The notes beneath the pieces were generated by a model. The model searched no databases, had not been told where the DNA came from, and saw only the letters and a list, made by a program, of their open reading frames with translations. A DNA stretch of 29,518 nt from the NCBI GenBank assembly GCA_002269645.1, contig NIVC01000534.1, positions 1-29,518 on the forward strand. Direction: 5' to 3'. Positions 18,478 through 29,518 of this stretch are shown in pieces. This DNA comes from Macrostomum lignano. Taxonomy: Eukaryota. The position numbers were made by a program, and so were the translations under genes. Positions within the stretch are counted from its first letter, which is position 1; every line of letters starts with the position of its first letter.

Positions 18478-20335
18478 TTAGTCAGGCACTGAGTCAGTCA
18501 ATGAATTCAATCATTTAGCCAGTCACTGAGTTCAGCCATTCAGCAGTCAGTCACTGAGTTCAGCCATTCAGCCAGTCAGTCACTGAGTTCAGCCAGTCAG
18601 TCACTGAGTTCAGCCATTCAGCCAGTCAGTCACTGAGTCAGCCATTCAGCCAGTCACTGAGTCAGCCATTTAGCCAGTCACTGAGTTCAGCTATTCAGCC
18701 AGTCACTGAGTTCAGCCATTCAGCCAGTCACTGAGTTCAGTCATTTAGCCAGTCATTGAGTTCAGCCATTCAGCCAGTCACAGTTCAGCCATTCAGCCAG
18801 TCATTGAGTTCAGCCATTTAGCCAGTCACTGAGTTCAGCCATTTAGCCAGTCACTGAGTTCAGCCATTTAGCCAATCAGTCACTGAGTTCAGCCATTTAG
18901 CCAGTCACTGAGTTCAGCCATTCAGCCAGTCACTGAGTTCAGCCATTTAGCCATTCAGTCACTGAGTTCAGCCATTTAGCCAGTCACTGAGTTCAGCCAT
19001 TCAGCCAGTCACTGAGTACAGCCATTCAGCCAGTCACTGAGTTCAGCCATTCAGCCAGTCACTGAGTTCAGCCATTCAGCCAGTCATTGAGTTCAGCCAT
19101 TCAGCCAGTCACAGTTCAGCCATTCAGCCAGTCATTGAGTTCAGCCATTCAGCCAGTCACTGAGTTCAGCCATTTAGCCAATCAGTCACTGAGTTCAGCC
19201 ATTTAGCCAGTCACTGAGTTCAGCCATTTAGCCAGTCACTGAGTTCAGCCATTTAGCCAATCAGTCACTGAGTTCAGCCATTTAGCCAGTCATTGAGTTC
19301 AGCCATTTAGCCAGTCACTGAGTTCAGCCATTCAGCCAGTCACTGAGTTCAGCCATTCAGCCAGTCACTGAGTTCAGCCATTCAGCCAGTCACAGTTCAG
19401 CCATTCAGCCAGTCACTGAGTTCAGCCATTCAGCCAGTCACAGTTCAGCCATTCAGCCAGTCACTGAGTTCAGCCATTCAGCCAATCAGTCACTGAGTTC
19501 AGCCATTTAGCCAGTCACTGAGTTCAGCCATTTAGCCAATCAGTCACTGAGTTCAGCCATTTAGCCAGTCACTGAGTTCAGCCATTCAGCCAGTCATTGA
19601 GTTCAGCCATTCAGCCAGTCACTGAGTTCAGCCATTTAGCCAGTCACTGAGTTCAGCCATTCAGCCAGTCATTGAGTTCAGCCATTCAGCCAGTCACTGA
19701 GTGCAGCCATTCAGCCAGTCACTGAGTTCAGCCATTCAGCCGGTCAGTCACTGAGTTCAGCCATTTAGCCAATCAGTCACTGAGTTCAGCCATTCAGCCA
19801 GTCATTGAGTTCAGCCATTCAGCCAGTCACTGATTTCAGCCATTTAGCCAGTCACTGAGTTCAGCCATTCAGCCAGTCACTGAGTTCAGCCATTCAGCCA
19901 GTCGCTGAGTTCAGCCATTCAGCCAGTCATTGAGTTCAACCATTCAGCCAGTCACAGTTCAGCCATTCAGCCAGTCACTGAGTTCAGCCATTCAGTCACT
20001 GAGTTCAGCCATTTAGCCAGTCACTGAGTTCAGCCATTCAGCCATTCAGTCACTGAGTTCAGCCATTTAGCCAGTCACTGAGTTCAGCCATTTAGCCAGT
20101 CACTGAGTTCAGCCATTCAGCCAGTCACTGAGTTCAGCCATTCAGCCAGTCACTGAGTTTAGCCATTCAGCCAGTCACTGAGTTCAGCCATTTAGCCAGT
20201 CACTGAGTTCAGCCATTCAGCCAGTCACTGAGTTCAGCCATTCAGCCAGTCACTGAGTTTAGCCATTCAGCCAGTCACTGAGTTCAGCCATTCAGCCAGT
20301 CACTGAGTTCAGTCATTTAGCCAGTCGCTCATTTG
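18478..20335. repeat. 25-bp satellite (gagttcagccatt(c/t)agccagtcact)
   Basis: Period 25 measured from 18841 to 18866. Roughly 70 copies, with occasional 4-nt insertions and 2-nt deletions. Confidence 0.97.
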
Positions 20336-20515
20336 AGCTCCGCATCCAATAAAACCATCCCCCCGGTGATTGAGCTTCTCTGATTCGCCAAAGTCTCGAC
20401 CTCATCCTGTATATGCAGGACAGTCTAGTCGGATTTACTATGACAGTCTGGATTCATAATTAAGTCACCTCTGCAATAGACAAAGCAGCAAAGCGGATCA
20501 GTCAATCGAAGAGCC

Positions 20516-20815
20516 ATGTCCGACTGGCATCTGTTCCCCGGCGACAGAATCCTCGCCCTCGCCGCTTGCCTCCTGGTCGGCCTCGCTTTAGTCTACGCCG
20601 CATTCCTCTGTTGCCTCAGCAACGGCCGAGTAGAACTATTCGTCCGGGCCGCTGATCCCGCCGAGAGTCGCCGCGGCGGAGCCTCCGCCGTCTCGACTGG
20701 CGACCTGAGCGAAGTGGAGGTGATCTGGAGCGAGGACGAGTACGAGTACTGCCGCAGGTGCGACGCCTTCCTGCCCGTGCAGGCGCCCCCGGCAGCGGCG
20801 TCAACCGCGGTCTGA
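20516..20815 (+). CDS. Candidate 99-aa single-pass membrane microprotein, unknown family
   Basis: GC-rich island with a C/G-ending codon preference like the real exons. Start context gccATG. About 23 hydrophobic residues ([23 protein letters not shown]), then an acidic patch and CRRC. AATAAA at 21635 and 21735 downstream. Confidence 0.5.
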   Translation: MSDWHLFPGDRILALAACLLVGLALVYAAFLCCLSNGRVELFVRAADPAESRRGGASAVSTGDLSEVEVIWSEDEYEYCRRCDAFLPVQAPPAAASTAV

Positions 20816-20872
20816 GACGACTGAGAGAGCGCAGCCTGGCCTGAGTCTGGGCGGGGTAGCCGTGGGGCTGCC

Positions 20873-20894
20873 AGTCTGTCTGTCTGTCTGTCTG

Positions 20895-20961
<67 letters not shown>

Positions 20962-20986
20962 ATGTCTGTGTCTGTCTGTCTGTCTG

Positions 20987-21047
<61 letters not shown>

Positions 21048-21140
21048 GTGTCTGTGTCTGTCTGTCTGTCTGTCTGTGTGTCTGTGTCTGTCTGTCTGTA
21101 TGTGCCTGTCTGTGTCTGTCTGTCTGTATGTGCCTGTCTG

Positions 21141-21195
<55 letters not shown>

Positions 21196-21314
21196 ATGTG
21201 CCTGTCTGTGTCTGTCTGTCTGTCTGTCCGTCTGTGTCTGTCTGTCTTAGTGTCTGTCTGTCTTAGTGTCTGTCTGTCTTAGTGTCTGTCTGTCTTAGTG
21301 TCTGTCTGTCTTAG

Positions 21315-21359
<45 letters not shown>

Positions 21360-21362
21360 TAG

Positions 21363-21425
<63 letters not shown>

Positions 21426-21492
21426 GTCTGTCTGTCTGTCTGTCTTAGTGTCTGTCTTAGTGTCTGTTCGTCTGTCTGTCTGTCTGTCTGTC
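20873..21492. repeat. Interrupted (TCTG)n microsatellite
   Basis: Direct reading, with ttag, tgtg and tatgtgcc interruptions. Confidence 0.98.
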
Positions 21493-22169
21493 CATCATAC
21501 TAACAGAGCACTCTCACAGTATATTACAGATTCGCACTACCCGGTCCTCAATGCCCAATATTGTCACTAATACTGTATATGTCGTGCAGAAGTTGGTCTT
21601 TCACCTGCAAGCTGGGTCTTAGGATTCAAAGCGCAATAAAGCTATACAACACGCTGTACACCTGCTACTTGTGCACTGGTACCGATGAGACGTAATATTT
21701 TGTCTCTATGCTGAATTGTACTTTTATTCAGCTGAATAAAGTTTCAATGGAACTTTCTCAGACAGGCATTTTAGTTTTATTACTCTCTTAAATCTTAACA
21801 GGCAGGCAAGCGATTTGATTAACTAATGAGTGTCCATGACCACCTGTCATGGAGTTGTCAAGTAGAGAGTTGACTCGCAGACCGAGATCGGAGGCAAGCA
21901 TTCATGTCCATTCCGTTGACCCTTGAGCACATTGAGCTCAAGTGATGTAGAAAGATACTGTATTTTTGTTTTAGTTCTGCTTCTCCAACAAAGAAGCAAA
22001 GGTTAGCCGTGTAGTGTTTTTGGAGTTTAAGCGAAAAAAATGTTGTGAGACAGCTGGAGTAGCTCTGTTACTGGGAGGCGCGTGGACAGGGCTCTGATTG
22101 GAAAATCTGATCAACTTCGAACCGTATTTGATCAGCTGTTGAGGATTAAACGAGGAATGCTTGCGCTGC

Positions 22170-22456
22170 AGAAAGCACTCAATTCTTGCAATGTCTGGCA
22201 CTCTAGACTCAGAAAGCACTCGATTCTTGCAATGTCTGGCACTCTGGACTCAGAAAGCACTCAATTCTTGCAATGTCTGGTACTCTGGACTCAGAAAGCA
22301 CTAAATTCTTGCAATGTCTGGCACTCTGGACTCAGAAAGCACTAAATTCTTGCAATGTCTGGCACTCTGGACTCAGAAAGCACTAAATTCTTGCAATGTC
22401 TGGCACTCTGGACTCAGAAAGCACTAAATTCTTGCAATGTCTGGCACTCTGGACTC
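22170..22456. repeat. 41-bp tandem repeat, exactly 7 copies
   Basis: agaaagcact starts at 22170, 22211, 22252, 22293, 22334, 22375 and 22416. Confidence 0.97.
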
Positions 22457-22744
22457 CAAATTGCAAATGAATGAAGCAAGTGTGTTAAGAAAAAGAATTG
22501 AAAAACTAATTGATTTTTGAGAGCCGCAATGCTCAAAATAAAGTTGTGTTGTCTAAATGGATTTTAAATTGGAAAAATCTGTCCATGTCGTTATTGTACC
22601 CTTTTGTATGAACTATGATTGTTGACGGATTTCTAGTCAACTCTTCTGCTCTGTCAGATGCACTTTGAAAAGGCATGGTAAAGAATCAATCAATAGTCTA
22701 TGGTTAATTTTTCGGTAATTTCGTTAATTTTCCGGCGATGATCT

Positions 22745-22952
22745 AAAAAGAGCGAAACCCAGTCTATGGCCCGAAACCCTGCGCATTCTCGAGAGAATGC
22801 TAAGCGCACCAATTTTATAGCTGGGAAGCACTGCAGAGCTACATGTAATTGTCTTGCTCAAGGATACAAATTGTTCCAGTGGGATCGAGAATCGAACCCC
22901 CAAGCTTTAAGTCGTGATTCCGACGCCCCACGACTAACCACTAGGCTACAAC
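22745..22952 (-). mobile_element. tRNA-derived SINE with CORE-like central domain
   Basis: Minus-strand A box TAGCCTAGTGG (22938-22948) and B box GGTTCGATTCT (22888-22898). These are followed by TGTATCCTTGAGCAAGACAATTAC...CCCAGCTATAAAATTGG, resembling the recalled CORE-SINE motif GTGTCCTTGGGCAAGACACTT...CCCAGGTGTATAAATGG. The 3' boundary is approximate. Confidence 0.65.
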
Positions 22953-23350
22953 CCCTATTTCATTTCTAAGAAAATCGAGTGGACGTAAATGTCATGTACT
23001 CTACTAATAGTAGTTTGAACGAAGACAATTTTTTCTTTGCAACTAAAATCACTTTAAATTGCTTAAGCCATTAAAATTTCAGCTTCACTTAGGAATTACT
23101 AAGGAGAGTTATCCCATCTATATTTGTATGCTATAGAAATCCTGCTTTAATGCGTGTGTAGGAATTTCCTCTAGATATAAGATTTTGTCAAATCGCACGA
23201 AAATTCAATAATAAATTTGTCGGTTCAACTCATCGCTATGTTTGAGACTGGGTAAGAGCAGCACTAAGCCATGTTCACTGCTGTATTCACAGTGTCATTC
23301 ATTAACAGTTTTGCTTAGTTCATTCACGCACCTAATATGGTGTTCAGGTC

Positions 23351-24370
23351 TGATTGATAGCTGTGCTGATTGATTGATAGCTGTGCTGATTGATAGCTGT
23401 GCTGATTGATTGATAGCTGTGCTGATTGATAGCTGTGCTGATTGATTGATAGCTGTGCTGATTGATTGATAGCTGTGCTGATTGATAGCTGTGCTGATTG
23501 ATTGATAGCTGTGCTGATTGATAGCTGTGCTGATTGTTAGCTGTGCTGATTGATTGATAGCTGTGCTGATTGTTAGCTGTGCTGATTGATTGATAGCTGT
23601 GCTGATTGATTGATAGCTGTGCTGATTGATAGCTGTGCTGATTGATTGATAGCTGTGCTGATTGATAGCTGTGCTGATTGTTAGCTGTGCTGATTGATTG
23701 ATAGCTGTGCTGATTGATTGATAGCTGTGCTGATTGATTGATAGCTGTGCTGATTGATAGCTGTGCTGATTGATTGATAGCTGTGCTGATTGTTAGCTGT
23801 GCTGATTGATTGTTAGCTGTGCTGATTGTTAGCTGTGCTGATTGTTAGCTGTGCTGATTGTTAGCTGTGCTGATTGTTAGCTGTGCTGATTGTTAGCTGT
23901 GCTGATTGTTAGCTGTGCTGATTGTTAGCTGTGCTGATTGTTAGCTGTGCTGATTGTTAGCTGTGCTGATTGTTAGCTGTGCTGATTGTTAGCTGTGCTG
24001 ATTGTTAGCTGTGCTGATTGTTAGCTGTGCTGATTGTTAGCTGTGCTGATTGTTAGCTGTGCTGATTGTTAGCTGTGCTGATTGTTAGCTGTGCTGATTG
24101 TTAGCTGTGCTGATTGTTAGCTGTGCTGATTGTTAGCTGTGCTGATTGTTAGCTGTGCTGATTGTTAGCTGTGCTGATTGTTAGCTGTGCTGATTGATTG
24201 ATAGCTGTGCTGATTGATAGCTGTGCTGATTGTTAGCTGTGCTGATTGATTGTTAGCTGTGCTGATTGATTGTTAGCTGTGCTGATTGTTAGCTGTGCTG
24301 ATTGATTGATAGCTGTGCTGATTGATTGATAGCTGTGCTGATTGATTGATAGCTGTGCTGATTGACAGCT
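23351..24370. repeat. 16/20-bp minisatellite (ctgattg(a/t)tagctgtg, with or without an extra gatt)
   Basis: Direct reading, with a homogeneous 16-mer block at about 23800-24190. Confidence 0.97.
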
Positions 24371-24979
24371 CAATTTGAGTATCAGTGACAGGGGGCCAAC
24401 CCGATAGTCAGTCACTCAGCCAGTGGTAGCCGTCACTACTCGCGAATTCCCTCACTTTCGAGAGAAAAGTTCGACGAACTCAAGGACGCTCCATCAGGCT
24501 TAAGTGCAATGCAATGTCTTTGTGTCCGGCTGCTCACCTCATCTCCATCCTTGAGACTTGCCCAGCAACTGCAGTAGACATGCGGGCCTACGCCAGGACC
24601 CAGCCCATCTGTCAGCAAGAAATCCTTGTTGAACAAATAAAAAAGCTGAGGACAGTCGTTCGCTGGATGGAAGCTACTCAGCTAAATTGCCTGGCAACTC
24701 TTATTGCCATTTCTAAGAGTGGCTAAAAGTGCAAACTCCTGCCCAATACTCATTCTTTGTTCCTCAGAAATTCTGCACTGGAAAATTTATGTTTATTCGA
24801 GGTCTTCGAGAGAGGCCTCAAAATGAGGCAGATTGTATGCCGTGACAGTTCAACTGGGCAGACCTGCAGCTGTTTGGGATTCTTTCCAAGTTCTGCGTTT
24901 GCTCCCCATCCTCTTTTGTGATGCTGCAGCTGCCTTGCTGCATTTCTCAACCAGTCACTCCCTGCTTCTGACTTTCCGT

Positions 24980-25724
<745 letters not shown>

Positions 25725-26348
25725 GCTAGTTAATGATTTAAATGTCTCTCTGAAACCCAGGTGAATTTTACCTCTTAAAATCTCCAATTCAACTATTGAT
25801 TGCTAAATATTTCAAGCAGGATTTACGCGTTGGGGCAATATCTGGGTCTATGGAATGCCATATACGCCACTGCAGCTGATCCCTAATTGTCTTCAAATTT
25901 CATTCGGTTTCAGTGAAGCGCAAAGGAAACCCATTAGCGACTCGGCCCGGCGGATTCTGGGACAGAAACTGCATCATTCAGATAATCGCTGGGTGCGGCG
26001 ATGCCTCTCTACTTCTCCCATTCATCTCTTCCTCCCCCCGTTTTCCCGGTTCAGCTGACAGAAATGGTGATTTACAGCTTCCATCTGAGCTCAGCTGAGT
26101 CTGGGCCGCGTCTTGGCTATCTGTTGATGCGCATTAATATTCCAATAGGCTGTGAATATTTTCTCACACCATCTATCTAAGGCTGTGTCGCCAGTCTCTG
26201 GGGGGGGGGTTGCAGCTGCTGGCCTGGGAAACAGATAAAATTAGCTCATTTGTATGCACAACATCCTCCTTGGGCGATTCTGAAGCTGGGAATTTTTCTG
26301 CGTTTTCAAAATCACATGAGCTTTGTTAAATCAATTAATGAAAATAAT

Positions 26349-28354
26349 GGATGGCTAATCTAGCCTACATCAATGAAGGAATAGAATGAATTGCTAATCT
26401 AGCCTACATCAGTGAAGGAATAGAATGGATTGCTAATCTAGCCTACATCAGTGAAGGAATAGAATGGATTGCTAATCTAGCCTACATCAGTGAAGGAATA
26501 GAATGGATTGCTAATCTAGCCTACATCAATGAAGGAATAGAATGGATTGCTAATCTAGCGTACATCAATGAAGGAATAGAATGGATTGCTAATCTAGCCT
26601 ACATCAGTGAAGGAATAGAATGGATTGCTAATCTAGCCTACATCAGTGAAGGAATAGAATGGATTGCTAATCTAGCCTACATCAATGAAGGAATAGAATG
26701 GATTGCTAATCTAGCGTACATCAATGAAGGAATAGAATGGATTGCTAATCTAGCCTACATCAGTGAAGGAATAGAATGGATTGCTAATCTAGCCTACATC
26801 AATGAAGGAATAGAATGGATTGCTAATCTAGCGTACATCAATGAAGGAATAGAATGGATGGCTAATCTAGCCTACATCAGTGAAGGAATAGAATGGATTG
26901 CTAATCTAGCCTACATCAGTGAAGGAATAGAATGGATTGCTAATCTAGCCTACATCAATGAAGGAATAGAATGGATTGCTAATCTAGCGTACATCAATGA
27001 AGGAATAGAATGGATTGCTAATCTAGCCTACATCAGTGAAGGAATAGAATGGATTGCTAATCTAGCCTACATCAATGAAGGAATAGAATGGATTGATAAT
27101 CTAGCCTACATCAGTGAAGGAATAGAATGAATTGCTAATCTAGCCTACATCAATGAAGGAATAGAATGGATTGCTAATCTAGCCTACATCAGTGAAGGAA
27201 TAGAATGGATTGCTAATCTAGCCTACATCAATGAAGGAATAGAATGGATTGATAATCTAGCCTACATCAATGAAGGAATAGAATGGATTGATAATCTAGC
27301 CTACATCAGTGAAGGAATAGAATGGATTGCTAATCTAGCCTGCATCAATGAAGGAATAGAATGGATTGATAATCTAGCCTACATCAGTGAAGGAATAGAA
27401 TGGATTGCTAATCTAGCCTACATCAGTGAAGGAATAGAATGGATTGCTAATGTAGCCTACATCAATGAAGGAATAGAATGGATTGCTAATCTAGCCTACA
27501 TCAATGAAGGAATAGAATGGATTGCTAATCTAGCCTACATCAATGAAGGAATAGAATGGATTGCTAATCTAGCCTACATCAGTGAAGGAATAGAATGGAT
27601 TGCTAATCTAGCGTACATCAATGAAGGAATAGAATGGATTGCTAATCTAGCCTACATCAGTGAAGGAATAGAATGGATTGCTAATCTAGCCTACATCAAT
27701 AAAGGAATAGAATGGATTGCTAATCTAGCCTACATCAGTGAAGGAATAGAATGGATTGCTAATCTAGCCTACATCAATGAAGGAATAGAATGGATTGCTA
27801 ATCTAGCCTACATCAATGAAGGAATAGAATGGATTGCTAATCTAGCGTACATCAATGAAGGAATAGAATGGATTGCTAATCTAGCCTACATCAATGAAGG
27901 AATAGAATGGATTGCTAATCTAGCCTACATCAATGAAGGAACAGAATGGATTGCTAATCTAGCCTACATCAATGAAGGAATAGAATGGATTGCTAATCTA
28001 GCCTACATCAGTGAAGGAATAGAATGGATTGCTAATCTAGCCTACATCAATGAAGGAATAGAATGGATTGCTAATCTAGCCTACATCAATGAAGGAATAG
28101 AATGGATTGCTAATCTAGCCTACATCAATGAAGGAATAGAATGGATTGCTAATCTAGCCTACATCAATGAAGGAATAGAATGGATTGCTAATCTAGCCTA
28201 CATCAGTGAAGGAATAGAATGGATTGCTAATCTAGCCTACATCAATGAAGGAATAGAAAGGATTGCTAATCTAGACTACATGAATGAAGGAATAGAATGG
28301 ATTGCTAATCTAGCCTACATCAATGAAGGAATAGAATGGATTGCTAATCTAGCC
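26349..28354. repeat. 39-bp satellite (ggaatagaatggattgctaatctagcctacatca(a/g)tgaa), about 51 copies
   Basis: 13-aa period in the ORF track. Highly homogeneous. Confidence 0.98.
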
Positions 28355-28769
28355 AATACCAATGGCTATGCATGCTAGTAGAGCACGGAGGTGCAAAAAG
28401 TAGTCTGCAGCCGGTCCCAATCTGTCATCGAAAAAACCTATTTTACAACCATTTGCTTAACTCGCCCAAATACCCATCCTATCCAGTCCACAAAGACAGC
28501 CATTATTGACACATTTATCACCTCGGTGCTCAGCAATGCGCACTGGCAAATCATGATTTGGCTGCCTATAGGCTGAACAAAGCAGGCAGCAACCCCGGGA
28601 GCCAAGTGTCGCTAATGAAGAGCTAACAGAAATTTCTGCTTTTTTTTCTCGTCAATCTGGCTGGGAAGAAAAACGCGCTTGAGTACAAAACAGTCTGCGA
28701 AGCATTGTGCCACAATTGATTATTCTGTCGGGTTCGGGAAGTTTAGCGGTAAATCAATCAGGCTTTGAG

Positions 28770-28925
28770 TACGTATTATGCAGTAGGTCAGGCATGTACA
28801 CTCTCCGTGCCTTCGGGGTTGGCCCTTATGGGTGCGAATCGCCGGACAACCCACCGACCCATTTTTGTGTGCACCAGCCCACATGAATGCGGGCCGCTCA
28901 CGGAATCGAACCAGAGGTTCCTCAC
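28770..28925 (-). mobile_element. Diverged or 5'-truncated SINE related to the 9837-10192 element
   Basis: B box GGTTCGATTCC at 28902-28912 (minus strand). The block ggcatgtacact...gccttcggggttggc at 28791-28823 matches 10020-10054 and lies at essentially the same distance (about 110 nt) from the B box. No clear A box. Confidence 0.55.
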
Positions 28926-29260
28926 TTCCACGACAGTTTCGTTTAGAAAATTAATCTTACAAAATGCTAGTTGAAACTCACTAAGTCGTAAATTTTGGTC
29001 AATTTTAACAAATTCCTATTTATTTTAACAAGGAAATCATGCTACTCCAGTTAACGGACAGCCAATTCAAGGATACACGTGCTGTACAGTTATAAACCAA
29101 ACACGGGGGTAGAAATTGGGATCTCTGATTTGCAGTCAGCTTAGTCCGAGGTCATTGCAGGGTGGAATCCAGATCCTTCTCGGTATTTCAACGCCGGATT
29201 TCCTACGGAACGCCTGTGCTTAACTGCGAATTACTCATGCCTTAAAATCCTAGCCGGACG

Positions 29261-29518
29261 ATGCTGTCAAAAAATATCTGAGCAAGCCAACAGCATCAAT
29301 GACAGCATCGAAGTCGGCAACATCAGCGAGACACCGCGGCCGATGGACTGGCTGTGGAAGCGACAGCTTCATTCGGCTATGTGGAGCTGCTTGCCTCCGA
29401 TTCTCATCCGCGTGCGGTCTGGCCTGCAACTTCTGCGCCTTGCTGGTGCTGCTGCGGCCGCAGGATTCGGCGATCGCAGGTTGGCGACCGAGCTGGTTTG
29501 CTTTTAGTGACGAGTGCT
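29261..29518 (+). pseudogene. Frameshifted 5' fragment of a probable rhodopsin-class GPCR (pseudogene or assembly error), truncated by the window end
   Basis: Removing one A from the A6 run at 29269-29274 and one C from CC at 29408-29409 gives MLSKISEQANSINDSIEVGNISETP...MWSCLPPILIACGLACNFCALLVLLRPQ. This has N-glycosylation sequons NDS and NIS followed by a TM1-like helix with N1.50. AFSD (D2.50-like) follows. Confidence 0.5.

Noticed and set aside
25740-26130. Possible coding remnant (minus-strand GVYGIP, loosely like a GIY-YIG start)
   Set aside because: There are multiple stops in all frames and the motif is too short to support a call.

Overview
Eukaryotic (animal) genomic DNA, not prokaryotic. 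GC-rich exons sit in AT-rich or tandem-repeat-filled non-coding DNA. The style resembles the flatworm Macrostomum, but that is inference only. I reconstructed two spliced + strand genes by hand from GT-AG junctions and recalled homology. The first is a 9-exon USP8/UBPY deubiquitinase (1020-11852, about 1039 aa after repairing two 1-nt frameshifts in exon 1). The second is a 3-exon cyclin Y (14149-16374, about 448 aa after repairing one frameshift). The window also holds a candidate orphan single-pass membrane microprotein (20516-20815) and a frameshifted 5' fragment of a probable rhodopsin-class GPCR running off the right edge (29261-29518). Three or four tRNA-derived SINE copies are present, one intact with an A-tail and target-site duplication. 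About 20 separate tandem arrays (units of 4-46 bp) fill almost every intron and intergenic gap. There is no CRISPR array, rRNA or credible tRNA gene, and most ORF-track entries are repeat or antisense artefacts. I found no clear-cut new biological system. The best leads are the orphan microprotein, a SINE family with a shared central domain, a microsatellite-linked dispersed element with codon-phase conservation, one-repeat-family-per-intron colonisation, and possible trans-splice acceptors. All homology statements are from memory of the protein families; no database search was run.
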